Source of the DNA: a virus
Taxonomy: Duplodnaviria > Caudoviricetes
Length of the DNA: 38,822 nt
IMG/VR virus record: IMGVR_UViG_3300032328_000411
Location: 1-38,822 of that record
Direction: 5' to 3' (one strand)
The position numbers and the translations under genes were made by a program. The notes beneath the pieces are model-generated. The model ran no database searches. It was not told where the DNA came from and was given only the letters and a program-made list of their open reading frames with translations. Shown here piece after piece: positions 16,849 through 25,942 of the stretch; the stretch's first letter is position 1, and each line of letters begins with the position of its first letter.

Positions 16849-17608
16849 AACGGCATCAGCCTCTAGTCCAGAGCCGGCCATCGAGCCCGCTCATATTCCA
16901 AGCGAGCCAAAGGCGGCGGCACCTACACCGCCAACGGATACCAATCCGCAGATCACGCCCAAGAAATGGGCTGGCAAGTTCGACAATCCAGAGGCTCTTG
17001 AGCAGGCTTACGCCGAGGCCCAGAAGCTCATCGGACAACGCAAGGTCGATAGTCCCGAGGCGCTCGCGGAACGTGCGGGCGTCAAGTTAGAGGACATCAC
17101 CACGTCCTATCTGGCCGACGGGAAGATTGCCCCGCACCACATTGAAGCAATGGAGAAGGCTGGCGTCGGCAAGCAGATGGCCGAGCGCATCATTCAGGGC
17201 GAGGCTGCTCGGGTGCAGTTGGCCCAGACGCAGGTTCAGCGTGCCATCGATGAAGTCACAACAATGGCTGGTGGACTGGCTCAACGAGACAACATCCTCA
17301 ACTGGGCTGCTGGAAACCTCGGCAAGAACGATATTGCCAGGCTGAATGCAAGTCTGGCAGATCCAACGAACGCTGCGTCTGCCATGAGGGAACTCATGTT
17401 CATGCACCAGCAGGCCGTTGGAAGCGGCCGTGCTGCTCCGCTTGTCCAGGGCATGACGCCAGTCGCATCCACCACCGGATTCTCAAGCGTTGACGACGTT
17501 GTCGGCGCAATGTCTCGTCTTCGTAAGCAGGGATACGTTGACGAAGACACCAAGCGGCGTCTGTTGAACACGCCACAGCATCTCTTGCAGGGGATCTATA
17601 ACAAATGA
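16820..17608 (+). CDS. capsid scaffolding protein (T7 gp9-like)
   Basis: KWAGKFDNPEALEQAYAE, AGG..ILNWA..NL, GFSS..; lies between portal and capsid. Confidence 0.85.
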   Translation: MQEPETPPPETASASSPEPAIEPAHIPSEPKAAAPTPPTDTNPQITPKKWAGKFDNPEALEQAYAEAQKLIGQRKVDSPEALAERAGVKLEDITTSYLADGKIAPHHIEAMEKAGVGKQMAERIIQGEAARVQLAQTQVQRAIDEVTTMAGGLAQRDNILNWAAGNLGKNDIARLNASLADPTNAASAMRELMFMHQQAVGSGRAAPLVQGMTPVASTTGFSSVDDVVGAMSRLRKQGYVDEDTKRRLLNTPQHLLQGIYNK

Positions 17609-17955
17609 GCAGTCTTGTACGCGCCACTCCAGAGCAGTGGGACCAGTTGAATGCGCTCGGAAGCACCTATCTGCTGAACGTCACAATGCGCGGTCAGGTG
17701 CAGGTTTACATCATCGATCTGATCGACAAGGTCACGCAAAATCCGTGGCACAGCGGTCAGGGCGAAACGCCGCAGCAGGCATTGAACAACGCGATTGAAA
17801 CTGCCACCCGTTCCAGTCGTCCAAAGACGCAAGCCGAACTGGCGGCGGAACATGCGTCCATTGAGCAAGAGAACGAGAAGCTGCGCGAGGAAGTTGCGAT
17901 GTACCGTGCGGCTCAGTCGAACGCTCCGAAGCGAAAGCCAACAGAAACCACCTGA
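17605..17955 (+). CDS. hypothetical protein with C-terminal coiled coil
   Basis: ATGA overlap with the scaffold stop; 116 aa. Confidence 0.65.
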   Translation: MSSLVRATPEQWDQLNALGSTYLLNVTMRGQVQVYIIDLIDKVTQNPWHSGQGETPQQALNNAIETATRSSRPKTQAELAAEHASIEQENEKLREEVAMYRAAQSNAPKRKPTETT

Positions 17956-18148
17956 TCTCCTGCGCTCATCGTCGGCCTTCGGGCCGGCGGTGGGTCTTCA
18001 CCACGCCCGCAGAAATGCGTGCGCGGTCTTTTGATTGCTCGGCCCGTGACCGTCTGGACACCCTCGCAAGAGGCCCAGAACTAGGAGCGGACACCCGTGC
18101 GTCTCGCGTACTCATCCACCAAGCAACCCAAATAAAAGGGACTTTCCT
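17956..18148 (+). promoter_or_regulatory. structured 193-bp leader of the major capsid gene
   Basis: UUCG hairpin 17971-17988; GCAA hairpin 18062-18073; duplicated GGCCC..GGACACCC unit. Confidence 0.5.
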
Positions 18149-19360
18149 ATGTCGATTGTCAATACCGAACGCCTGCTGCTCGACAAGCTGAACAGCGATG
18201 CGTCGATGGCCCTGACCCTGTTCAGTGGCACCGTGCTGGAAGCATTCCAGCTGTCCAGCGTTTTCTACGACCGCAGCAACACCTTCCTCGCGATGAAGCA
18301 GATCACTGGCGGCTCGTCCTACCAGTGGCCGATTCTTGGCGACGATCCGACAGCGTCTTACCACAACGTCGGCACTCCCCTGAACCTTCAGTCAACCCAG
18401 AGCACGAATGTTCGCCGCGTCGAAGTCGGTCAGAAGTCCGTCGCCGTTGACGAGATTCTGGTGAACGCTCTGGACGTTGGTCTGAACGATCTCAACACCC
18501 TGCACTTTGACGTGCTGGCTCCGTTCGCTACCAAGTTGGCTCGCAACATTGCCCGCGTGCTTGATCGCAAGATCGCCATTCTGGCCGTGAAGGCTGCCGC
18601 TACTGGTGCCGAGCAGAACATCCACGACGGTGGCTATCGCGTGTGCCGTAGCGTCGGCACGGCAGCTACCGCAGCAAGTGTCGCGACCAGTTACCCAATG
18701 GGACCGCAGGGCGCGTTCAACTTCCGTTCCGACCTGGCGACTATGGCTCAGGGCATGGATCAGAAGGGCGTTCCGGAAAGCAGCCGCTACCTGTTCATCA
18801 CGCCTTACGTCAAGACGCTTCTGCGCTTTGAGGCGAACTGGACCGGATCCGCTGTCTCCTCAAACCCAATCATGCCGAGCACCTACAGTCGCGATCTGTC
18901 GGCCCAGCCGAACGACGTGAACGCTCGCGTCATCGGTCAGCTGGAAGGCTTCAATGTCATCGTGACAAACAACCTTCCTAACTCCGACCTGTCTGGAAGC
19001 AGCCTGACTGGAGAAGATGCGGCAGTGGCGTACAAGACGTTTGCTGGCAGCCAGACTGGCACCAAGTACCAGGGTCGCTTTGATGGTGCGCACAGTGCTA
19101 CGGCGGCTACGAACCGCAATCAGGGCATCCCGATTGCTGTTGCACTGTGCGGCGCAGACACCGGCAGCCCGGCCATCGGCATGGTCCAGGCGGCTGGCCT
19201 GACCAGCTACATGGAGACCGACGAGCGTCGGAACACCAAGTTCATGAAGGCGCAGATCCAGTGTGGTCTTGACATTCTGTGCCCGTGGTCTGCTGGCAGC
19301 ATCGTGGCGGTCGGTGGCAACACTGACGGCGGCCCGACCACTGCTGGCGTGCTGGCCTGA
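18149..19360 (+). CDS. major capsid protein (T7 gp10-like)
   Basis: LTLFSGTVLEAF, ITGGSSYQWP..G, VAVDEIL, HFDV..LA...DR, VP...RYLFITP, GFNVIVTNNLP. Confidence 0.93.
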   Translation: MSIVNTERLLLDKLNSDASMALTLFSGTVLEAFQLSSVFYDRSNTFLAMKQITGGSSYQWPILGDDPTASYHNVGTPLNLQSTQSTNVRRVEVGQKSVAVDEILVNALDVGLNDLNTLHFDVLAPFATKLARNIARVLDRKIAILAVKAAATGAEQNIHDGGYRVCRSVGTAATAASVATSYPMGPQGAFNFRSDLATMAQGMDQKGVPESSRYLFITPYVKTLLRFEANWTGSAVSSNPIMPSTYSRDLSAQPNDVNARVIGQLEGFNVIVTNNLPNSDLSGSSLTGEDAAVAYKTFAGSQTGTKYQGRFDGAHSATAATNRNQGIPIAVALCGADTGSPAIGMVQAAGLTSYMETDERRNTKFMKAQIQCGLDILCPWSAGSIVAVGGNTDGGPTTAGVLA

Positions 19361-19381
19361 TACTTACCAAACCCCCGGAAG

Positions 19382-19419
19382 GTTGGGGGTGGGGCTTCGG
19401 CTCCACCCCCGGCTTTATT
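19382..19419 (+). terminator. T-phi-like terminator after the capsid gene
   Basis: GGGGGTGGGGC-TTCG-GCTCCACCCCC followed by GGCTTTATT. Confidence 0.75.
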
Positions 19420-19423
19420 CGAC

Positions 19424-19624
19424 ATGACCACCGAACATGGCCGCGTCGTCAACCTTTCATTTCGTGATTGGCTAGGTCTGATTGGACTGTGCGTTTCGAT
19501 CCTTGCCATCGTTGTTGGCTGCTGGATTCAACTCATCAGAATGATGGAGCGCATCGACTCCAGCGTGCAATTTCACAATCAACGCTTGTCTCGCATTGAG
19601 ACGCAACTCGACCAAAGAAAGTAA
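19424..19624 (+). CDS. small single-TM protein with coiled-coil tail (possible holin/lysis accessory)
   Basis: WLGLIGLCVSILAIVVGCWIQLI TM segment then RLSRIETQLD. Confidence 0.55.
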   Translation: MTTEHGRVVNLSFRDWLGLIGLCVSILAIVVGCWIQLIRMMERIDSSVQFHNQRLSRIETQLDQRK

Positions 19625-19626
19625 CC

Positions 19627-20235
19627 ATGCTCATTCAATCGAACATCGTCACGAAAGCGCCCGCGACTCTGGCAACGTCAATGACCGGCAACGTCGTCGG
19701 CGCGTTTCTCTGCACTCCGCAGCCAAACTTCGGCAAGGTAGAGATGGCTGCAAGCATTTCTGCCAATGCGTATGACGCTGCAATTCCGACGACAACGGCT
19801 CCGACTTCAAGCGGCCAGACGCTTCTGATGTACAGCCCATCAAACGAAGATCCGAACCTTCTGAAGATCACGCCGTACTCGTCGTCTTCGAGCGCGGGGT
19901 CTCCGATGGTTCGCGTCATTGGTTGGTCCAGCTACATCCAGTCCGCAACGACCCTGTATGTGCCAACGCTGCTTGCTGAACTGACCATGTCGTACAGCAC
20001 GGCAACGGCCAGCGTGAGCGTTGACGGCGCAAACCGATTCTTCTTCCACAACATCACCGCAAGTAGCGGCGTTCCGACAGTGAACCTGTATTCGCCTGGC
20101 ACGGCATCTGCCGCAAACAATGTTCCTCCGGCGTTCGCCCTGATCGATGTCGTCGGCTCACAGTTCGTCACGCTCCAGTTCAAGTCAAGCACCACGTCCA
20201 GCAACATTTGCGGCGCCCTGTGGTGCGCGATCTAA
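19627..20235 (+). CDS. putative virion structural protein (Ser/Thr-rich, beta)
   Basis: 202-aa ORF in the structural cluster; no family recognised. Confidence 0.6.
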   Translation: MLIQSNIVTKAPATLATSMTGNVVGAFLCTPQPNFGKVEMAASISANAYDAAIPTTTAPTSSGQTLLMYSPSNEDPNLLKITPYSSSSSAGSPMVRVIGWSSYIQSATTLYVPTLLAELTMSYSTATASVSVDGANRFFFHNITASSGVPTVNLYSPGTASAANNVPPAFALIDVVGSQFVTLQFKSSTTSSNICGALWCAI

Positions 20236-20238
20236 CCG

Positions 20239-22122
20239 ATGCGATCTCTTCTTGGTCGGTTTAGAAGGACGGTCAACCGCTCTATTTCTGAGCAGCTGGC
20301 AACCCTGACATCAGTGGGCGATGGCTCCACGCTGTCGCTGGATTTCACCGCGATGGGTTCGCTGGATTCGCGCTTCACCTTCACGCGCAGCACCAACGCC
20401 ACCTTCATCAACTCGCAGGGGTACGTTGAGTGGGCGAACTCCAATATGTATTGGAATACGGCGTTTGAGGGATTGAGCGGATCAAACCCGTCACTGACCT
20501 CATCCGGTTGGGGATATGCACTATCTACTGGTGGAACTGCCGTCTTCAGCGGAGATGGAACGGTTACGGTTACCACGACGGCTGCGGAGCGTAGAGCGAT
20601 CTTTCGGTCGTCCGGATTTTCTGGTGGCGGTCTTCGTGTCGTTGCATCTGTTGATGTAACGATTGCATCTGGATCGCTACAGGCGAGTCAGGTGATCGTC
20701 ACTGGTACACCGACAAACGCTCAGCACTACGTCAACGGTGTCATCTGGAACAGTTCCCACCCGATCTGGAACGGCGGAATCCTCCCTGTCGATACGCAGT
20801 TCAACATTGCCTACGCGACCGACTCTGTGACAAGCGGAACGACGAGCATGTATTTCGGTGTCGGTTGTTCGTCGGTGATCGCCGGATCTGCCACGTTCTC
20901 CAATCCTCGGTGGACGATGTGGAATGGAAGTGCAACCGTCCCGTACTACCCTAACACTTCCGCGACCAACAACAGCACCACCAATTACTTCAAGTCGAAT
21001 GACTACCAAGCCCCCCGCTTCGACTACGACCCAACCACGCTGACCGCTCGCGGTCTGCTGATCGAAGGCAGCGCGACGAACTTGATTTATTGGAGCGAAT
21101 CATTTGACACGACAGGTGCAGCAATCAACTGGAACTGGTCAGCAGTAAATGTGACAAGAGGTACGGTCACGACTACTGCGCCAAGTGGAGCAAGCACAAC
21201 CGTAGTCAAGATTCAGGAAACAACAGCGACTGGTTTACACGCCCCATTGATTGTCTATGGGTCTTTGACCTCTAGCGTCTATACCGTGTCGCTGTTTGCG
21301 AAGGCTGTAGAGCGGCAATACCTATCACTCTTTGACAATGGTGGAAGTTCTGCAAATGCGATGTTCAATTTGTCCGGAAACGGTGCGGTAGTTAGTCAAT
21401 CAACTGAGGGCATCGCAACGATCACGCCATACCCGAATGGCTGGTATCGCATCACAATGCGAACGCCAACCCTGACAAACATAAATCTACAGTTCCGACT
21501 CTCAACAGACGGAACTACGACCTCATACGAAGGAGCACTAAACAGCGGCGTGTATATCTGGGGCGCACAACTTGAAGCAGGCTCTGGCGCATCCTCGTAC
21601 ATTCCGACCGGGGCAAGCCAAGCGACCAGGGCAGAGGATTCCTGCGTGATGAACGATATCACCTGGCTCCAGTACAGCAACACAAACGGTTCTATGTACT
21701 ACGAGGGACGGTTCTCCAAGTTGAATACCGCCTCGTTCCCTTGGCGCATGGGATTCACGACAGAAACTGGAGATTATCGCGTCTTTGGATTCCTTACTAA
21801 TTCCGGTGGTTCAAGTATTGAAGCGAAGGGGTCAAGTTCAACGCCAACCGCAAGCGTAAGTGTGAGTATCGCAGTCAATACCAACTACAAACTTGCTTGG
21901 AGCATGGACACCACGCTTGCAACCGGGGAACTTCGTAGATCAAGCAACGGTGGCGCAGTATCCGTGTCGAGCGCAACCGCACTCACAGTCACCGGAACGC
22001 CCACCTATTTCATGTTCGGGCAGAAGGGCTACGGTGCATTCTTCCCGGCTGGCACAATCAAGGTTGCGAAGTACTGGCCGACCACGCTCTCCGACGCACA
22101 ACTTCAAGCAATTACCACCTGA
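20239..22122 (+). CDS. head spike / fibre protein with carbohydrate-binding and ConA-like domains
   Basis: LSLDF, FTFTRSTNATF, PRFDYDPTT..RGLLIEGSATNL, NGWYRI, IWGAQLEAG..SSYIPT..TRAED, YWP..LSDAQLQAIT. Confidence 0.8.
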   Translation: MRSLLGRFRRTVNRSISEQLATLTSVGDGSTLSLDFTAMGSLDSRFTFTRSTNATFINSQGYVEWANSNMYWNTAFEGLSGSNPSLTSSGWGYALSTGGTAVFSGDGTVTVTTTAAERRAIFRSSGFSGGGLRVVASVDVTIASGSLQASQVIVTGTPTNAQHYVNGVIWNSSHPIWNGGILPVDTQFNIAYATDSVTSGTTSMYFGVGCSSVIAGSATFSNPRWTMWNGSATVPYYPNTSATNNSTTNYFKSNDYQAPRFDYDPTTLTARGLLIEGSATNLIYWSESFDTTGAAINWNWSAVNVTRGTVTTTAPSGASTTVVKIQETTATGLHAPLIVYGSLTSSVYTVSLFAKAVERQYLSLFDNGGSSANAMFNLSGNGAVVSQSTEGIATITPYPNGWYRITMRTPTLTNINLQFRLSTDGTTTSYEGALNSGVYIWGAQLEAGSGASSYIPTGASQATRAEDSCVMNDITWLQYSNTNGSMYYEGRFSKLNTASFPWRMGFTTETGDYRVFGFLTNSGGSSIEAKGSSSTPTASVSVSIAVNTNYKLAWSMDTTLATGELRRSSNGGAVSVSSATALTVTGTPTYFMFGQKGYGAFFPAGTIKVAKYWPTTLSDAQLQAITT

Positions 22123-22123
22123 C

Positions 22124-22426
22124 ATGGACTATCTACTTCGATCTGCCACAGAGTCCGACCTTGACGATGCACTTATTGCCGCAGGTCTAGCCGAAGAACG
22201 CACCGACGAGGAGGGCGAGGTCATGGTGCTGCCCGTTGAAGGTGTCAGCCTTGACCGCATCGGTTCAATCCCAGCACAAGTCAATGAGGAAGGCATCATC
22301 ATTCGATCTGGCAACTCCCTTTACCACGCAAACCTTCGCGTGGCTGGAGAACTGACCGCGGAACAGGTCGCAGAGCTGCCCATCCTTGACCCGCCACCGT
22401 CCCACCCAATGCGTGTATGGGCGTGA
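22124..22426 (+). CDS. fibre-associated small protein
   Basis: MDYLLR..LDRIG..YHANLR..P..P.RVWA, typical of the gene following this fibre type. Confidence 0.65.
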   Translation: MDYLLRSATESDLDDALIAAGLAEERTDEEGEVMVLPVEGVSLDRIGSIPAQVNEEGIIIRSGNSLYHANLRVAGELTAEQVAELPILDPPPSHPMRVWA

Positions 22427-22929
22427 GGTGGATTTTGTGCCTGCTGCTCGTCGGCTGCTCGGCATCTGGACGCATCGCGGTTGAGGCCAATGGGATCGGT
22501 GAGCGGGCACAGACCATTCACCGTCTCGCGCTCAGGATTGGCGAAACGTCGCAACAGGCTGAGGTCATCGCAGACGCAGCTTCAATCGCCATCGAGGCAT
22601 CTGCAATCGAACAGAAGACCCAGGCTATCCACGCCACATTGCCCGGCGTTTCAGACACGCACCCGTATTTGAATGCAGTGAAGTGGGTTGCCCTGGCGGC
22701 GGCCGTGCTTGCCATCGCTTGGATCATTCACGCTACTGGCCTAGGTACGGCAGTCCGTATAGCCGTTGGATGGATACCACGCCGGAAGATCGACACCGCA
22801 GAGATGATGTCTGCGACCCTGGCGCACGACAAGCCAGAGACCGTTCGCGAGCTCGTAGCCATGATGCGAGCTCAGGATCCGCTGCTTGACAAGGCAATGC
22901 GCCAGGTCAAGCACGACACTCACCCCTAA
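22423..22929 (+). CDS. lipoprotein with a second TM helix (u-spanin-like topology)
   Basis: GTGA overlap; MRWILCLLLVG-C lipobox; helical Ala-rich segment; TM WVALAAAVLAIAWII; alternative ATG at 22417. Confidence 0.6.
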   Translation: MRWILCLLLVGCSASGRIAVEANGIGERAQTIHRLALRIGETSQQAEVIADAASIAIEASAIEQKTQAIHATLPGVSDTHPYLNAVKWVALAAAVLAIAWIIHATGLGTAVRIAVGWIPRRKIDTAEMMSATLAHDKPETVRELVAMMRAQDPLLDKAMRQVKHDTHP

Positions 22930-22942
22930 CCAAAGGACTCAA

Positions 22943-23056
22943 ATGGAACACTTGCTTGGCACTGCTTGGTGGAGCGTTCTGATGTTTGCTGCTGGTGCCA
23001 TTATCGGCCCGCCGCTGTGGCGATGGGTGAACACCTTCCTGCCCTGGAACAAGTAA
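22943..23056 (+). CDS. 37-aa membrane peptide (below ORF-track cutoff), possible holin-like
   Basis: AAGGA RBS; MEHLLGTAWWSVLMFAAGAIIGPPLWRWVNTFLPWNK; fills the gap between neighbours. Confidence 0.65.
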   Translation: MEHLLGTAWWSVLMFAAGAIIGPPLWRWVNTFLPWNK

Positions 23057-23059
23057 TAC

Positions 23060-24514
23060 ATGAGCACGATCAAGGTCAACAACATTCAGCCAAATACGGG
23101 CACGGCAGTAACCGTGACCGCAGGGAACGACCTGGCAGTACCAACCAAGGTTGTGACGCCAACCGTTCAGGGTTCAACCAGCGTGAATGTCAACGCTGCA
23201 AACGGCAATATCAACTTGCAGTTGAACTCCGTGGACAAGCTGAAGGTGCTTGCGAGCCCGACCGGCTCCGACAAGACCGTGACTGTTGTTGGTGATCTTT
23301 ACGTCTCAGGTGGCATCTACGGCAACGGCGCAAACGTCACTGGCGTCATTGCTGCCGGAACTGGAGGCACAACGTCCTCTGGCAACCTGACCATCCAGTA
23401 TGGAACCGGAGGCTCTGGTGCGGCAATCTTTAGCGCGAACACGACTGAAGTCGCTCGTATGTTCTACAACGGCAACTTCGCTGTTGACAACGGCGTCCTG
23501 TTTGTCGATGCCGTAAATAATCGTATCGGCGTCAACACGACCGCACCAACCGTTCCGCTGCATGTCTCTGGAGATGGACGAGTCACCGAAAACCTGACTG
23601 TCGGTAAGCAACTTGTTGGTGGAATTGGCGCAATGTTAGATGGTGGAGCCCAAAATTGGAACGATTCAAGCAACGCACGATCTGGAAGCGGCTACTCAAT
23701 TTTGCTTGGCAGCGCAAGCAACGGTCCCGGTAATGGTGGAAAGTACTACCACCCGTTCTCGTTTGAGTACATATCCAAGGACGGAACCGGGAACATGACC
23801 CAGTTTGCGATCCCGTATGCGGTGGACTTAGACGCAACCAATGCGCTAGCCATGCGTTCGAGATTTAGTGGAGCCTGGACAAGTTGGGTGGGCTTTGTTG
23901 AACAGCCACTGGGTACCACTGGCATCACGGTCAATAGCACCGGCCTGGTTGGAATCAACAACACCTCTCCGGCATCTAGGCTTGACGTTGTCGGCAATGC
24001 CCAAGTGACCGGACGGCTGACCCTTGCTGGTTCGACTGCCGGCGTCGCATTCCCTGCGTCATTCACAGACACCGCGAGTGCCAATGTCCTAGACGATTAC
24101 GAAGAGGGCACGTTCACTCCGACAATTTCGTATGAGGGCTCTTCTGGCGTCACAACGACGTATACCACCCAGCTTGGCAACTACACCAAGATTGGAAACA
24201 GGGTTTTCTTCAACATCTACGTTGTTTTTAGGCCGAGCAGCAACAGCGTTACTTCGGCCGCAACAATGACGGTGCGAATTGCGGGTCTTCCATTCGCGCA
24301 GAGAACTGGTTACTACGCGGCGGTAGACATTGGATACCGTAGTGGTTGGTCTTCTACGGTAGCTAGCAAGCCTCATGGTGCGTACATGCAACCAGAAGAG
24401 GCTGCGATTTTGTTGATTAAGGAAAACTTGACCAACGTGGTTTCCCTTGCAGATACTTTGATAACAGACAACGCTGTCATGGTGTCCGGTCACTACATCA
24501 CACACACCGCATAA
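23060..24514 (+). CDS. tail fibre protein
   Basis: MSTIKVNNIQP; NRIGVNTTAP..LHVSG and VGINNTSP..LDVVG shaft repeats; C-domain LDDYEEGTFTP..YTKIGNRV. Confidence 0.82.
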   Translation: MSTIKVNNIQPNTGTAVTVTAGNDLAVPTKVVTPTVQGSTSVNVNAANGNINLQLNSVDKLKVLASPTGSDKTVTVVGDLYVSGGIYGNGANVTGVIAAGTGGTTSSGNLTIQYGTGGSGAAIFSANTTEVARMFYNGNFAVDNGVLFVDAVNNRIGVNTTAPTVPLHVSGDGRVTENLTVGKQLVGGIGAMLDGGAQNWNDSSNARSGSGYSILLGSASNGPGNGGKYYHPFSFEYISKDGTGNMTQFAIPYAVDLDATNALAMRSRFSGAWTSWVGFVEQPLGTTGITVNSTGLVGINNTSPASRLDVVGNAQVTGRLTLAGSTAGVAFPASFTDTASANVLDDYEEGTFTPTISYEGSSGVTTTYTTQLGNYTKIGNRVFFNIYVVFRPSSNSVTSAATMTVRIAGLPFAQRTGYYAAVDIGYRSGWSSTVASKPHGAYMQPEEAAILLIKENLTNVVSLADTLITDNAVMVSGHYITHTA

Positions 24515-24516
24515 TC

Positions 24517-24777
24517 ATGCCATCAAGCACATCAGAACAATTCCAGTTCAACGAATCGAAGCAGCTGTCATACAAGCTGACGACAACCACAACCGACGGA
24601 AACGGTGACATCACCGGAATCTCCGTGTTTAGGTCGGTGTATCCGCCAACCACCACCGTCAATGACTTACCAGCGTCAATCCAGTCGGCCGCATCGACCG
24701 AGTGGACGACTGCCGTCAAGTCTCGGTGGAGTGACCAACTTGCAGCCATTCAACCAGCTGCGTCTGCACAGGCATAA
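24517..24777 (+). CDS. tail fibre partner / assembly protein
   Basis: 86 aa directly after the fibre; FRSVYPP..DLP..IQ..EWT pattern. Confidence 0.55.
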   Translation: MPSSTSEQFQFNESKQLSYKLTTTTTDGNGDITGISVFRSVYPPTTTVNDLPASIQSAASTEWTTAVKSRWSDQLAAIQPAASAQA

Positions 24778-24779
24778 AC

Positions 24780-25367
24780 ATGGACAAACTATCAGCAGTC
24801 AATGGCGTGCTCAGGCGCTTGGGCCTCACGCCGGTTGCGGCATTGGATACCGGCGGCATCTCAACGCAAGCACAAGTCGAACGGTACATCGATGATGCTG
24901 ACAAGTCGTGCCAGGCCCGTGGCTGGCATTTCAACACGCGCTACAACGTCGAACTGGCGCAGAACGGGCAGGGCAAAATTGCTGTGCCGGCGAATACATA
25001 TCGGATCGACACCGATGGATTGGACTCCCAAACCGACGTGACAGTGGTCGGTGGATTCCTTTTTGACATCGAGAACAACACCGATGTCTTCAGCAGGAAC
25101 CTGCGTGTCACTTACGTCGCTCAGACGGCATTCACGGACCTGCCGCAGACATTCGCCGACTACGTCATCACCGAAGCGGCCTACAACTACAACCGCTCGC
25201 ACAAGAAGGATCAGGCGCTGGATGGAATGCTGCGGGACGAGGCGGCGCGGCGGATGACCGAGGTCAAGCGCGAGGACGATTCGCGAGCGGACGTAAACGT
25301 ACTCAACACGGCAGAAATGATTCAACTCAGGGGCCGACCCCGCATCCGAGATAGGAGCGTCTACTAA
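24780..25367 (+). CDS. tail tubular protein A / adaptor (T7 gp11-like), copy 1
   Basis: KLSAVN..L..LG..PV..L, QARGWHFNT, G.LFD..NNT..F, F.DLP..F..Y. Confidence 0.88.
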   Translation: MDKLSAVNGVLRRLGLTPVAALDTGGISTQAQVERYIDDADKSCQARGWHFNTRYNVELAQNGQGKIAVPANTYRIDTDGLDSQTDVTVVGGFLFDIENNTDVFSRNLRVTYVAQTAFTDLPQTFADYVITEAAYNYNRSHKKDQALDGMLRDEAARRMTEVKREDDSRADVNVLNTAEMIQLRGRPRIRDRSVY

Positions 25368-25942
25368 TGCCATCGATGACCAAGCTTGATGCGGTCAATT
25401 CATGCCTGGCGGCGATCAACGAATACCGCGTGACCGCGCTCGACACCAACGGCACCAGCATTGCAGCCGAGGCCGAGCGGTATGTCGATGACAGCACGCG
25501 ATACCTGTGTGCTCAGGGCTTTCCGTGCAACACCATCCGAAGCAAGGCGTACACGCCAGCCGCCGGCACTCTTGAAGTGTCTCTCGGATCTGACGTGCTG
25601 CGAATCAGGGGCTCCGGCCCGGATCAGCACCGGAACCTTGTGATGCGCGGAACCAAGGTGTACGACGCCGACAAGGGACAGTACGCCATGCAGAACGCCA
25701 ACCCGGTCTACCTTGATGTGGCCGAATTGCTGGCGTTCGCGGACCTTGACCCCATGCTTCGCGAGCAGGTTGCACAGCACGCTTCACAGCGGTTTGCGCG
25801 CCGCACGACCGGATCCCAGATGTCTGATGCGTACCTGTCTCAGGAGCTCGGTCTCACGGACTCCATTCAGCCGCGCGAAGGCACGTTCTCAAGCCGCCCG
25901 ATCTTCGTGCAGGCACAGACCCAGACGCAGCAACAGCAGTAA
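25367..25942 (+). CDS. tail tubular protein A / adaptor (T7 gp11-like), copy 2
   Basis: MTKLDAVN..LAAI.E..V..L, AQGFPCNT, MRGTKVYD, FADL; colinear with copy 1. Confidence 0.82.
   Translation: MPSMTKLDAVNSCLAAINEYRVTALDTNGTSIAAEAERYVDDSTRYLCAQGFPCNTIRSKAYTPAAGTLEVSLGSDVLRIRGSGPDQHRNLVMRGTKVYDADKGQYAMQNANPVYLDVAELLAFADLDPMLREQVAQHASQRFARRTTGSQMSDAYLSQELGLTDSIQPREGTFSSRPIFVQAQTQTQQQQ

Noticed and set aside
19330-19424. T7 gp10B-type frameshift extension of the capsid
   Set aside because: No clear slippery site, and a terminator follows the stop directly.
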